Source: Candidatus Omnitrophota bacterium (GTDB lineage: Bacteria; Omnitrophota; Gorgyraeia; 2-02-FULL-51-18). Taken from it: 64,000 nucleotides of DNA. This document shows, in pieces, positions 47,201 to 55,120 of this stretch. Position 1 is the first letter of the stretch. The number at the start of each line of letters is the position of its first letter. The DNA lies in NCBI GenBank assembly GCA_945877765.1, contig CAMDWQ010000001.1, positions 86,253 through 150,252 on the forward strand, read 5' to 3'. The notes under the pieces are model-generated. The model had not been told where the DNA came from, ran no database searches, and saw only the letters and a program-made list of their open reading frames with translations. The translations under genes and the position numbers were made by a program.

Positions 47201-47784
47201 AGCAGGTGGTGATTTTCCAGGCAATTGACCGTGATCGTATCAGTCAAGATCCGATCGCCAAGGCGCAAATGGACCTTATCGAAGCGACGATCAAATCCAT
47301 CCAAAATTTGCTTGGCGAAGAAAAGAAAAAATTCGTTCATTTTGTATTTACGGATCCAAAGGGAGTTGCACAATCAGATGTATCTAGATTTAACTCCAAA
47401 GAATTTAGAAAGATTTATGTCGCCCAGCCAAACACAGATGTTCTCCATCAGGCTTATCTTGCGCAAGCAGGATTTTTTGCGTTACCGGACCTGTCCAAGG
47501 GAGATGGTGTTGTTCCACTACAAGCCTTGTATTCGGGAGCGCTTGGTGTGGCTTTGTCAGAAACAATGACCGATCCGCTAGCCTGGAGCCTGAATAAATT
47601 AATTCGTCCGGACTCTTCGTCAACACTGGATCCTCAAAAAGACTACCCAAGACTCAAACAAGTGACTAACGAGAAGGATAGAGATTACTTTGGGAATCTT
47701 ATGATCAGGCCGCTTGCTATCAATATTCAGGCATACCTCACCGCCGCTCGCTTGGCCATCCAGTATGTGGAGAGCGCGGCTTAA
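41299..47784 (+). CDS. giant secreted protein B (2161 aa); shared N-terminal module, HEFGHH zincin motif, two in-frame foldback-repeat insertions
   Basis: N-terminal signal-like LIRHISLVLIATFLCQELSYSA. The real start is possibly the TTG at 41410. Motifs IHIQDAHSN, LVEGGGTDG and ITGGYHTSHL. HEFGHH at 44668-44685. Hydrophobic hairpin around 45080-45240. Confidence 0.8.
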   Translation: MSIVEKFAFYLFISHILCIVKQSYVWGSLGYKQGDFVLNNRSLLIRHISLVLIATFLCQELSYSAPAILTPAALSDSVASFQAPTEFCSLKEFHQGQVGKPLIIHIQDAHSNLSGQENLAKTLDQIMTKYSVSTVLVEGGGTDGTLDPLKQLASPEIIRRIAKKLLIEGKLAGEEYLNLTSDHPMKIQGIEDMTLYKKSVENYAKLADRREAIQDYLSVIERSAEKLKRKLYPQELISYEAQKQKDTDGALGFKFKELLSLAKLKEVEITNFPNLQKLSALEEKEKSIDFNLANLEQAALMEKINTTSSPKSLIGDQTKYDSRLKLSGMTVDQFTFFRNILNIAKEKNIATEEYPNLLRYFNYLKDFTDLDLEEVLNEFEHLEDKVYVAWLPKEDSRLLRAIDRYLALLKIAYRIQMSTKDFEFFKANEPDFSTASYQAFLNRKLIELGYFEDVIPYKNILEEGKKALEDFYDSVSQRDLAFIQNTKRILGDSVIPAKAGIRSSLGADSRFRGNDNANIAVLITGGYHTSHLKKLFQQEGFSYVVLTPIVTAETNQKKYENLLLSSVRKESKTIEVVQGESKQNKTSVQLDVDLLKIAKKEGARFAGAVMTPARLAQTLESFGGLNDRALNTIQKEFAARLANNISEETKTPAATRLANEPIASSNNPSRLGLVALTLNLRVALWKLSLYSGFSFGRLQTFSWLEKNDQGYSNSYWLSPRKTATWQGKQVIPNSRLRKSGIQLHTLALTLLDLMDQGLSDPLKEELFRLLEKSVAQHNLLAQSEHDPGAKMSLPLLLVRATSVLIRPDSNYVRLSRAMMQAPKRFLKPIAILQLRAKQIHLNFIYLSPDIVDFYASHEAIKFILEPENIEDPKLKSALIGFLAGVFKKKTWQDLAKMVEEYGLGEFDVNSDDSKAMFDDFKTLLKKHDIQMVNWMKSQALSTGLERIGVQFLPYLELSRLLTSHSENLESLLLDPQSASNQSFFLKISKDVTFGLEPSARNIVEGIYIQEDIDVDQYYQDVSNNFMTFENVGARSANSLSDQINSIQIDQALEDQAGLIRDVLQKAMTNLFEVDSPEYLRVLESLKKLRFMRAYQKRGHEGASSHYVPNYISLMSFADEHTIIHEFGHHLTYALKLNDPVSVMGNITEAVYDAGENQRDPTHFQIGAKFVDDFSAEKITDPEFKLQIMRLWSEREYREGPMGDIKEAYTSATILAGILYELNGRDKRKAMNAAIHLSKEDWFTRALAVDRKLEFFKNLASLGLIAPLAMGSYRAAFVAYRATNSVLYGALAFMVPIISVLPFLFYLGPKLFTYWENKFFQSIDWGPPFVVNAKTKATLLQAEGPENVGARLAVRDELAGEISRGEWDLFERRFEAYDRDTLLSLLTTLSQMAHDSNKNVTTEISGDAARRIFGILSDSYLIEYYQDPFIMAWYTTLAQSLMVLMPDQGDENTILARKTHEETTEMVLISVLAHVKFSDLLNRLVSDFEPVRHRRVVQALFSKFESEDESAEDIVRVLQDDFTGGHMFRLFLFIWQHFDQPFAQSVARLLRKLNRYLKLIGQSEAMLLDAQIEIFRSALFSDNVAERKIAIAFFSEFIQGGVTDTPEFVNRLKKLYWSVAESLDIYDQSTASYIRNILFSQTHSIDAADLKELDADRLDHHRLEYRDQGVIDMVLYHLYDSFGFDIRRKEIREQIIANTYFSDILDIVLTNLSDDDSPFAANFNYATKLLALRELFGSRGEGMTPTGAQEMIIDIVVDITAERMDDAARLASLNIPSGWKRWAPAGAVVMGLIFSSKGNTLSQVNQQPASAVAHDGVGAPEVNSLKQIFKVAGGPMKSANESDILNIDNESVQLITRWYVGMHGNTQGPASVMIQTKHALITFVHEEGDPEIQFRDVANTAEILGRIPLSVDMLNAAKTANEEAKALPTEQVMNVEAEALAAAVKTRSINHLVVKRLFPWILKNILEDQQVVIFQAIDRDRISQDPIAKAQMDLIEATIKSIQNLLGEEKKKFVHFVFTDPKGVAQSDVSRFNSKEFRKIYVAQPNTDVLHQAYLAQAGFFALPDLSKGDGVVPLQALYSGALGVALSETMTDPLAWSLNKLIRPDSSSTLDPQKDYPRLKQVTNEKDRDYFGNLMIRPLAINIQAYLTAARLAIQYVESAA
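42219..42286. repeat. Foldback (MITE/RPE-like) repeat copy embedded in-frame in giant gene B
   Basis: gtcatccccgaaatctttaatcggggatcaaaccaagtatgattcccgattaaaactctcgggaatgac. Translated in the gene frame as SSPKSLIGDQTKYDSRLKLSGMT. Confidence 0.8.
42778..42843. repeat. Variant foldback repeat copy embedded in-frame in giant gene B
   Basis: gtcatccccgcgaaagcggggatccgttcatcactcggtgcagattcccgctttcgcgggaatgac (two GAAA/TTTC-looped hairpins). Translated as VIPAKAGIRSSLGADSRFRGND. Confidence 0.8.
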
Positions 47785-47801
47785 AGATTCTATCATTTTA
47801 A

Positions 47802-47829
47802 GTATGATTCCCGCTTTCGCGGGAATGAC
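47802..47829. repeat. Half-copy of the variant foldback repeat immediately 3' of giant gene B
   Basis: gtatgattcccgctttcgcgggaatgac. It generates the spurious antisense ORF 47620-47868 (TPGVIPAKAGI). Confidence 0.7.
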
Positions 47830-47954
47830 ACCGGGAGTTGTTCGGACTACAACGGACAAGCCGATCAATCAATCACTGAGTAGTTTTACTCAGTCATTGA
47901 GTAATATTGACAACGCGGCAGTAGCCCAAAATTTATTGCATGCCGGGCTATTTT

Positions 47955-48692
47955 CTAGGGAAGACTTCTTTCGATCTCGGTAAGAAGTGTGGATTTAAAA
48001 TTTTTAAGCAACACATGCTGGCCAGTGGGCAAGAATCGCTTAAGTTCGCTTCGTATATCGAGTTTTTGGCGGTCAATCATGGCTAGAAGTTTCGTCTTCA
48101 ATGTTTTATCCTTCGAAAAAGTTTCCTTGAACGCCATGCGGCTTCGCAAGATAAAATAAACGTCGTAGAAATCCCGGGCTTTGGCGCGGGTCAGGCAAGC
48201 TTGAATCTTCTCGGCAACCAATCTCTTTTGGTCAAGATGCACCAACGTGTAAGGCGGCAATAAATCTGAATTGACCAGAGAGGCGACACCGGCATCTTTT
48301 GGCTGGGCTCGAAGAGAAACTTCCACTTGAATGCCGCTTTCGTATTCGTCCGTTTTGAAATGGAAAATGGCAAGATAGCCGCCGGATGTTTTCTTGGATT
48401 CTTCGATATCTGTTTTAATCCCTTCGCTTTCAATCTTTTTCAGGACAGCTTCCATCAGCGATTCAATTCCGGCGATGGAAATTTTTGAACCCGTAAAATC
48501 CAGATCCTCGGAAAATCGGGGACTTCTCCAAACAAGCCGCAACGCGGTTCCTCCTTTGAAAAGAAGAGATTCGGATTTCTTTTCCTGATACAGAAAAGAA
48601 AGAAAAAGGTGCTGGAGGTATTCCCTCACAACGTTATCCATTGTCGTTTGGTAGCGATCCGAAAATTGTTTAAGAGTTTTTGCCTCAATCAT
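47955..48692 (-). CDS. abiEii: AbiEii/AbiGii-family nucleotidyltransferase toxin (DUF1814, type IV TA)
   Basis: LLFKGGTALRLVWRSPRFSEDLDF is the nucleotidyltransferase motif of AbiEii. 245 aa. 4-nt overlap with the upstream AbiEi gene. Confidence 0.85.
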   Translation of the reverse strand: MIEAKTLKQFSDRYQTTMDNVVREYLQHLFLSFLYQEKKSESLLFKGGTALRLVWRSPRFSEDLDFTGSKISIAGIESLMEAVLKKIESEGIKTDIEESKKTSGGYLAIFHFKTDEYESGIQVEVSLRAQPKDAGVASLVNSDLLPPYTLVHLDQKRLVAEKIQACLTRAKARDFYDVYFILRSRMAFKETFSKDKTLKTKLLAMIDRQKLDIRSELKRFLPTGQHVLLKNFKSTLLTEIERSLP

Positions 48693-49282
48693 AGAATGCT
48701 CTTTACAAGTTTTGTGAGGCTTTTTCTTTTAAAAAAATGGGCGTAAGAAAGTACCGACTTTTTATTGATGTTTCGGAGATTCAACCTCTCGTTTAGAGTT
48801 CTTCGCTTTAAATCAACGAAATAAAGGTAATCAATCAAGGCTTTCTCAGGCTCGGCAATGAAAATTACTCCTTGCCCTTTTTTCTCGGATCGATACCCTC
48901 GGTAGGCTTCGATTTTAATTCGGTAGTATTCATAGGATTTTTCTTGCGCTGTAAATTCCCTCGTGATTTTCGGCGTCGCTGAGGTGATTGTATAGACGGA
49001 TTCGGGGATGATACGGTAGTGAGCCAGTGCATACTCAAAAGATACGTAGGAAGGAAAATAAAGCCGGTTGGCTATTTCAAGCTCTGCCGGAGGATCCGAT
49101 TTAAGTCCATAGAGACCATTGCGAAGTTTGATAAAAATATCTTTCGTATGGTTCTTGATAAAAGCTTGAGCCGCCCATTCTTTAACCGAAAAAATACGAC
49201 GAAACTCTTCAGGTGAAAAGAGCCGGAGCCCCTTCGCCCTCAGTGTTTCCTGGACTTTTATAGGTTTCAGTTTTTGTGTCAT
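48689..49282 (-). CDS. abiEi: AbiEi-family antitoxin / transcriptional regulator
   Basis: 197 aa. N-terminal winged-helix-like region and C-terminal AbiEi_4-type domain. Canonical position upstream of AbiEii. Confidence 0.75.
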   Translation of the reverse strand: MTQKLKPIKVQETLRAKGLRLFSPEEFRRIFSVKEWAAQAFIKNHTKDIFIKLRNGLYGLKSDPPAELEIANRLYFPSYVSFEYALAHYRIIPESVYTITSATPKITREFTAQEKSYEYYRIKIEAYRGYRSEKKGQGVIFIAEPEKALIDYLYFVDLKRRTLNERLNLRNINKKSVLSYAHFFKRKSLTKLVKSIL

Positions 49283-49473
49283 ATAGTACTAAAAGTGAAA
49301 TGTATATTTAAGCCAATTATAGCTTATTTCCAGCCGGATTCAAGCGCTTTTGGAAAATCGGTAAAAGTGCTTTTGCAAGGGGTAATTTGACTTTTCACCT
49401 GTTTAGAGGTAACCTCATGAAATCATTGATGATACAAAAATAGGTTGCGCCCTAAAAAAAGGATTAATCCACG

Positions 49474-49704
49474 ATGAGAAAAAGAAGCCATTCCGAAGTG
49501 ACCAAGCAAAAAATGAGCCGCAAAGCCAAGGGGAAAAACAACGCCATGTTTGGCAAGAAACACACCCAAGAGGCGCTCAAAAAAATTCAGCGGGCCAGCA
49601 AGGGTAAAAATAATCCGATGTTTGGCAAGACTCACTCGGTCGCCGCGCGCAAGAAAATCGGTTTGGCGGCCCGCAAGCGTTGGAGCCGGGTCAATTCCAA
49701 ATAG
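49474..49704 (+). CDS. small basic protein made of three NUMOD3 DNA-binding motifs
   Basis: Three repeats of the K-G-K-N-N-x-M-F-G-K-x-H-(S/T) pattern (GKNNAMFGKKHTQE, GKNNPMFGKTHSVA, RKAKGKNN...), as in homing-endonuclease NUMOD3 modules. 76 aa, no nuclease domain. Confidence 0.55.
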   Translation: MRKRSHSEVTKQKMSRKAKGKNNAMFGKKHTQEALKKIQRASKGKNNPMFGKTHSVAARKKIGLAARKRWSRVNSK

Positions 49705-49788
49705 AACATCGTTTTTTAAGTAAGTCTTTTCAAAATTAAAAGCCAGCCGGTCTCTTCTTTGCCGCCTACTCCCCAGCGGTTTTATTTT

Positions 49789-50868
49789 ATGGATGCTTTG
49801 CGTGCAGGAGCGATGATTGCCGTCGTCTTTCTGCATGCCTCGATTACTTACATGACCATCCGGATTCCGGATCTTGCCTGGCATATACAGGAAGCCTACG
49901 CGGTGCCGTTTTTTGACGGCTTTTTTTTATTCATCCAGGGATTTGTCATGCCTCTTTTTTTCATTCTTTCAGGATTTTTTTCCGAGTACTTAACGCAGTC
50001 TGCGGGAGCTTCCGGTTTTCTGACCAATCGGAAAAATAAAATTTTATTCCCATTTCTCTGGGGATGCCTGATTCTTTTGCCGGTGATTTATTTTATCTGG
50101 TCTTACGGATGGTGGATGTCCGGCCAGTGCGAATTGGGTGAAGTTGTAAGAGTGAATTTTTCTAGCCCATTTCTTAAAAAAAATTTGTATGGCCCCGCTC
50201 ATTTATGGTATCTCGAGTATCTTTTAATTTATTCCATTGTTTTTTTTCTATGGCGAAAAACACGAAAGCTGCCGGCTGTCCCTGCTTTCCTTTTTGTGCC
50301 GGCAACGGCGCTCATTCTTTTCTTTGGGCCGAGCGCGATGTTTAACTTTAAAAATTCTTTTGTGCCGGACCCGATGCGCCTTCTTCACTACGCTGTATTC
50401 TTTTATTTTGGGGCATGGTTTTACGCTTTTGGCCAAAAGTCGGACCGCTGGGTGCGTCTGGCGCCGCTGTGTTTGGTTTTGTCGCTTGTCGCTTTTTTGG
50501 TAGAGATGAGTTGCTTTCTACAGCAACAACCCATCGTTGCTGGAAGCATCGGATCAGCGGGCTTGGCGGTGTCGACGGCTTTTTTCACTTGGTTTTTTAT
50601 CGTGGGATGCCTGGGTCTTGGCTTTAAATTTTTTAACCGGCCCATCAAGTGGATCCGCTATCTCTCGGATGCCTCCTACTGGGTTTACTTGATTCATCTA
50701 CCGGCGGTGGGCTTGGCTCAGGTGATATTATTTCAATTTCATCTATCTTCCGTTTTAAAATTTTTAATCGTTGCTGTGTCGGCCATGGTTTTTAGCTTGC
50801 TCAGCTATCCTATTTTTGTCCGCGGTTTGGGCAGGGTAGGTTTTTTTAAAAGGAAGGCTGTGTTATAA
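49789..50868 (+). CDS. acyltransferase family 3 (OafA/OatA-like) integral membrane protein
   Basis: MDALRAGAMIAVVFLHASITY, typical of the acyltransferase-3 N-terminus, followed by about 10 TM helices. Start placed at an internal ATG. Confidence 0.8.
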   Translation: MDALRAGAMIAVVFLHASITYMTIRIPDLAWHIQEAYAVPFFDGFFLFIQGFVMPLFFILSGFFSEYLTQSAGASGFLTNRKNKILFPFLWGCLILLPVIYFIWSYGWWMSGQCELGEVVRVNFSSPFLKKNLYGPAHLWYLEYLLIYSIVFFLWRKTRKLPAVPAFLFVPATALILFFGPSAMFNFKNSFVPDPMRLLHYAVFFYFGAWFYAFGQKSDRWVRLAPLCLVLSLVAFLVEMSCFLQQQPIVAGSIGSAGLAVSTAFFTWFFIVGCLGLGFKFFNRPIKWIRYLSDASYWVYLIHLPAVGLAQVILFQFHLSSVLKFLIVAVSAMVFSLLSYPIFVRGLGRVGFFKRKAVL

Positions 50869-50875
50869 TTTGTCC

Positions 50876-51847
50876 ATGAAAACTATTTTAGTGACGGGTG
50901 GGGCAGGCTACATCGGTTCGGCGATGGTCCATGAATTGATTGCCGAAAAATACAGGGTCGTTGTGCTGGATGATCTTAGCATGGGGCATCGGAGGCTGGT
51001 GCCAAAACAGGCGGAATTTTTCAAAGGCGATTTAAAAAATATTACTGACTGCCGACAGATTTTTAAAAAATATAAAATTACCGCGGTGATGCATTTTGCG
51101 GCGTCGGCTCTAGTGGGTGAGTCGGTTGCCAAGCCTCTTCTTTATTATCAAAATAACACAGCAGCCTGCGTGAATCTTCTTAATGCCATGCAGGAAGCCC
51201 GCGTTCACCAGTTTATTTTTTCATCCACCTGCGCCACTTACGGGGAGCCCAAGACGATTCCGATGCCAGAGTCTCATCCCCAGGATCCGACCAATCCTTA
51301 CGGCCGGTCGAAGCTTATGATTGAGTGGATGTTAAGAGACCTCGCAAAAATCTCCAACTTTTCTTACATTGCCTTGCGGTATTTTAATGCCGCGGGCGCG
51401 CATTCATCGGGGTTGACGGGGGAAATTCACGAACCCGAGGCTCATCTAATCCCCAACATTCTTAAAGCGGTGCGCAACCCCAAAAGAAAATTGGTGATTT
51501 TTGGAGGTGATTTTGACACGCCAGACGGTACTTGTATGCGGGATTATGTGCACATTCAGGATATTACCCACGCGCATTTTTTGGCGCTTAAGGCGCTGGG
51601 GAGGGGCGTGAAGAATGAAGTGTTTAATCTGGGGCTTGGACGGGGGATATCCAATCTTGAGATTTTAAAAATGGCTGAAAAGGTGACGGGTAAAAAAATT
51701 GGCTACAAAATTGGAGCGCGGCGTCCGGGGGATCCCTCTCGGCTGGTGGCTGATAACTCCAAGGCTAAGAAAATACTTGGGTGGACTCCTAAGCGCGGAT
51801 TAGAGGAGATTATTCGGTCGGCGTGGGAGTGGGAGTTATCACTGTAA
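50876..51847 (+). CDS. galE: UDP-glucose 4-epimerase
   Basis: MKTILVTGGAGYIGS, the YGEPK.. region and YxxxK. About 324 aa, GalE family. Confidence 0.9.
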   Translation: MKTILVTGGAGYIGSAMVHELIAEKYRVVVLDDLSMGHRRLVPKQAEFFKGDLKNITDCRQIFKKYKITAVMHFAASALVGESVAKPLLYYQNNTAACVNLLNAMQEARVHQFIFSSTCATYGEPKTIPMPESHPQDPTNPYGRSKLMIEWMLRDLAKISNFSYIALRYFNAAGAHSSGLTGEIHEPEAHLIPNILKAVRNPKRKLVIFGGDFDTPDGTCMRDYVHIQDITHAHFLALKALGRGVKNEVFNLGLGRGISNLEILKMAEKVTGKKIGYKIGARRPGDPSRLVADNSKAKKILGWTPKRGLEEIIRSAWEWELSL

Positions 51848-51851
51848 TTTT

Positions 51852-51872
51852 CCTCCCCTTTCGAAGGGGAGG
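51852..51872 (+). terminator. Perfect palindromic hairpin after galE (cctcccctttcgaaggggagg)
   Basis: Seen directly. It lies 5 nt after the galE stop, in a convergent intergenic region. Confidence 0.45.
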
Positions 51873-51958
51873 TGCCAGAGGCGGAGGGGTTGTAAGGTCT
51901 GTTGTAGGAACTATGTTTGAAGCGCGACGTGTCAACCACCCCGTCGCCTTCGGCGCCA

Positions 51959-51979
51959 CCCCTCCTTCGAAAGGAGGGG
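51959..51979 (-). terminator. Perfect palindromic hairpin after pepF (cccctccttcgaaaggagggg)
   Basis: Seen directly. It lies immediately 3' of the pepF stop on the minus strand. It mirrors the galE hairpin and shares its TCGAA centre. Confidence 0.45.
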
Positions 51980-51982
51980 AAA

Positions 51983-53776
51983 TTAACCAGCCAAACTTTC
52001 CGTTTGGATTACTAAATCTTCCAGAATTTTTAATCCCGACTTCCAAAAATCTTTATTCTTAATATCTAGCCCTGCAATCTTGGCGATGTCTTCGGGTTTT
52101 TTGGAGCCGCCAAGAGAAAGCATTTCAAAATACTTGGGAATAAATTCTTTGGGGTTCTCTTTGTATTTTTGGTAGAGGGAGAGGACAAAAAGCTGGGCAA
52201 AGGCGTAGGCGTAGCAATAAAATGGTGAGTGGACAAAGTGTGGAATGTACTTCCAGCCGTGGCGGTAATTGTCCGTGAGGACGACACTTTTTCCATAAAA
52301 GCCTGCGTTAACCTGTATCCAAAAATCGCTTAGGCGGTCGCTTGAGAGCTCGCCTTCTTTTAAACCTGATTCATGGGCCAGAAGCTCAAAATCGGTCATG
52401 GTGATCTGGCGAAACACTGTCGCAAAATTATCATCGATTTTTCCGCACAGAAGTGCTAGTCGTTTTTTGGGATCTGTTTCTTTTTCGAGAATTTTTTCAA
52501 AAATAAGCATTTCACCGAAAACGGAAGCGCATTCGGCCATTGTCAGCGGCGCGCCTGATTCCAAAATCCCCGAGCGGCGGGCCAGGTACTGGTGCATGCC
52601 GTGGCCGAGTTCGTGGGCGACGGTCATGACGTCGCGGAGACTGCCGGTGTAATTGACGAGAATGTAGGGGTGGAGTGACGGGGTAGTTTCACAACAGAAA
52701 CCACCGCCTTGTTTTCCCTCGCGGACTTCGGCGTCGATCCAGCGGCGTGTAAAAAACTGCTCGACGATTTTCCCAGCCTCCGGCGAAAAGGCGTTGTATC
52801 CATCCAAAACAATTTGGCGGCACTCGGAAAAATCAATTTTAGTTTCCTCAGCTTCGACGGTGGCGTAGCGGTCGTAATCGTACATCGTATCCAGCCCCAA
52901 GAGTTTTTTCTTAAGCGCATAATAGCGCTGTGCTAGCGGAAAGGCCGCGTGGACGTTCTCGATGAGATTGCGCACACTTTCTAAATCAATCTCATTGGAA
53001 AGGTTCATGGCGTCCATGGGGTGTGCGTAATTGCGAATCTTAAGCGACGAGCGGTGATCGGCGAGAATCATATTGTAGATATAAGTCAGAAGGTGCGTGT
53101 TTTGCGAAAGGCCCTCGGCCAGACTGTCAGAGGCTTTTTTTCTTTCGGTGCGGTCGGCGCTGTGAAAAAGAGACAGGACTTCGCCCTCGGTTTTTTTGAC
53201 GCGCTGGCCCTGGCTTTCGATATAAAAGGGAATGTTGTTCATTACCTCATCAAATAGCCGCGAGAAGGCACTGCCGGACGTATTGGATTTGATGGACATG
53301 ATTTTTTCCTCGCCCTCGGCGAGTGTGTGAGGCGCCCAAACGCGCATTTTTTCAAGAAAATGGCGGTCGTTTTGTACGGAGGCATCGCTCATCAGCCGGT
53401 CGGCTATTTTGGCGTCGAGTTTATTCCAGCGGACTTCAAAAAAAAGTAGGTGGGCGTTGATATCCGTGAGTGTCACCTGGATTTTTTGCATGAAGGCGCC
53501 GATTTTGGCGTCGTTGGTTTTTCCGGCAAAGGACAGATGAGAAAAAACTCCCGGTTTAGTCAGGAGCTCGATGATTTCTTTGTAGTCCTTGAGCAGATCC
53601 GCCAGAGGGAAAGCGCTTTTTTCATCCAAAGAATCAAAAAGTGGCTTGTATTGACTTTCAAAGCCTACTGCCCGCGACTGTGCCAGATTCAGGTCGGACT
53701 GAATCTTGGGGTCCTCCATAGAAGCATAAAGATCAGACAAATCCCAGCGGATACCCTTGGCAAAATTTTCTGACAT
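51983..53776 (-). CDS. pepF: oligoendopeptidase F (M3B metallopeptidase)
   Basis: HELGHGMHQY zinc-binding motif, M3 family length (597 aa) and conserved C-terminal region. Confidence 0.9.
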   Translation of the reverse strand: MSENFAKGIRWDLSDLYASMEDPKIQSDLNLAQSRAVGFESQYKPLFDSLDEKSAFPLADLLKDYKEIIELLTKPGVFSHLSFAGKTNDAKIGAFMQKIQVTLTDINAHLLFFEVRWNKLDAKIADRLMSDASVQNDRHFLEKMRVWAPHTLAEGEEKIMSIKSNTSGSAFSRLFDEVMNNIPFYIESQGQRVKKTEGEVLSLFHSADRTERKKASDSLAEGLSQNTHLLTYIYNMILADHRSSLKIRNYAHPMDAMNLSNEIDLESVRNLIENVHAAFPLAQRYYALKKKLLGLDTMYDYDRYATVEAEETKIDFSECRQIVLDGYNAFSPEAGKIVEQFFTRRWIDAEVREGKQGGGFCCETTPSLHPYILVNYTGSLRDVMTVAHELGHGMHQYLARRSGILESGAPLTMAECASVFGEMLIFEKILEKETDPKKRLALLCGKIDDNFATVFRQITMTDFELLAHESGLKEGELSSDRLSDFWIQVNAGFYGKSVVLTDNYRHGWKYIPHFVHSPFYCYAYAFAQLFVLSLYQKYKENPKEFIPKYFEMLSLGGSKKPEDIAKIAGLDIKNKDFWKSGLKILEDLVIQTESLAG

Positions 53777-53802
53777 TTAAGCTCCTTTAGACGGCTGGCG
53801 GT

Positions 53803-54273
53803 TTAGTGGGAATGGCCGTGTTCGCCGTGCGCGTGGCCGTGTTCAAGCTCTTGCGCCGTGGCTTCACGAAGGCCTGTGATTTCGATCGCAAACGTCAAAT
53901 CCACACCTGCCAGCGGATGATTACCGTCCAAAGACACCTCGGTGTCATGGATTTCGGTGACGGTAAAAACCGGCGAGTGGTCGTCGGCGCCTCCACGGAA
54001 TTTATCCCCGAGCTTTATTTCTTGGGTCGGAAGGGAAGATTTGGGGGCCTTGATGATCAATTCCGTGTCTTTTTCGCCGTACGCATCAGCGGCGACGACA
54101 TTAATTTGTTTCTTATCGCCAATGTTTAATTGTAGCAATTCTTTTTCAAGTCCCGGAATAATTTGTCCCGCCCCCTCCATAAACGTAAGGGGTTCGCGGC
54201 CTGCGGACGAATCCATGGTGGCACCGAAAGCGTTGGTCAGTGTGTAATGGAAGGAAATCACTTTTGGGGTCAT
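53803..54273 (-). CDS. slyD: FKBP-type peptidyl-prolyl cis-trans isomerase SlyD-like with His-rich C-terminal tail
   Basis: MTPKVISFHYTLTN...FMEGAGQIIPGLEKEL is the FKBP/SlyD fold. The C-terminus ELEHGHAHGEHGHSH is a metal-binding tail. Start placed at the internal ATG at 54273. Confidence 0.85.
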   Translation of the reverse strand: MTPKVISFHYTLTNAFGATMDSSAGREPLTFMEGAGQIIPGLEKELLQLNIGDKKQINVVAADAYGEKDTELIIKAPKSSLPTQEIKLGDKFRGGADDHSPVFTVTEIHDTEVSLDGNHPLAGVDLTFAIEITGLREATAQELEHGHAHGEHGHSH

Positions 54274-54403
54274 CGACGTCTCCTGTTTATTTAACGGCGA
54301 TAATTCTACCACACAATCTTTTGGGGGAGGTAAGGCCTTTATTTGTAGGATTTTTTTGGGACGGGTGATAAAATACCGTGCATGTTCACCCGAGGGCATT
54401 CCG

Positions 54404-55120
54404 ATGCATAAATCTTTTTCAATTCTAAGTGCGGTGGTGTTCTTTACCGCTTTGTTTCCTGCGTCCGTCATCGCCGCTGAGGCTCCCTATTGTGAAGTCG
54501 TGCGTGTCGCTGGAAGTGTCCAATTAAACCGCCGCGGTCAGGCTCCGGCGGATATTCAGCAGGGCATGATGATTTTGAAAGGGGACAAGCTGGTTGTCTC
54601 GAAGGCTTCTTCGGCGGATCTTGCTTTTGACCCACAGTGGCAAAATGTCGCTCACTTAAATGAGAACACGCGCGTGGTCGTGCGCTATCTCAACCCCACC
54701 CGCCTTGAAATGGTGTCCGGCGATATTTATTCGAAGCTGGACAGCCTGCCGAAAGGATCTAGTTTTGAAGTCGTTACGCCGACCGCGATTGCTTCTGTGC
54801 GAGGGACCAAGTTTAGGACCACGCATGAAAAGGGGACAACGACCGTTTACAATGATTCAGAGACTTCTTTGGTTTACGTGTATCGCCTGGATGAAAACGG
54901 AAATCGCTCCGGCCGCGCTGTCGTTCTTAAGCCGGGAGAATCTACGACGTTGATTGGTGAGGTAGAGGTCTATGATTCTATGATTGAAGATCTTCAAGAC
55001 TCTCGTGACCGAGAGGACCAGGATCAGCTTAATGATGATCTTAAAAATCGCGTAAAAAATGAAGCTTCTTCTGGTGACGGTGAACAATTCGGAGACGGGG
55101 AAGGGGATACTCAGCGCTGA
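54404..55120 (+). CDS. FecR-domain protein (secreted)
   Basis: Signal peptide MHKSFSILSAVVFFTALFPASVIA. TAIASVRGTKF matches the FecR-family motif. Acidic C-terminus. Confidence 0.55.
   Translation: MHKSFSILSAVVFFTALFPASVIAAEAPYCEVVRVAGSVQLNRRGQAPADIQQGMMILKGDKLVVSKASSADLAFDPQWQNVAHLNENTRVVVRYLNPTRLEMVSGDIYSKLDSLPKGSSFEVVTPTAIASVRGTKFRTTHEKGTTTVYNDSETSLVYVYRLDENGNRSGRAVVLKPGESTTLIGEVEVYDSMIEDLQDSRDREDQDQLNDDLKNRVKNEASSGDGEQFGDGEGDTQR

Noticed and set aside
47620-47868. 82-aa minus-strand ORF downstream of giant gene B
   Set aside because: Its conserved-looking peptide (TPGVIPAKAGI) is simply the translation of a foldback-repeat copy in another frame. It overlaps the 3' end of gene B.
51703-52062. 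Small ORFs spanning the galE/pepF intergenic palindromes (51703-51939, 51810-52046, 51823-52062)
   Set aside because: They are generated by the Gly/Pro-rich translation of GC-rich hairpin sequences and overlap the ends of galE and pepF.
53803-54471. 222-aa version of the SlyD ORF with a 66-aa N-terminal extension
   Set aside because: The extension has no similarity to FKBP proteins and would overlap the divergent FecR-like gene's promoter region. An internal ATG at 54273 gives a canonical SlyD length.
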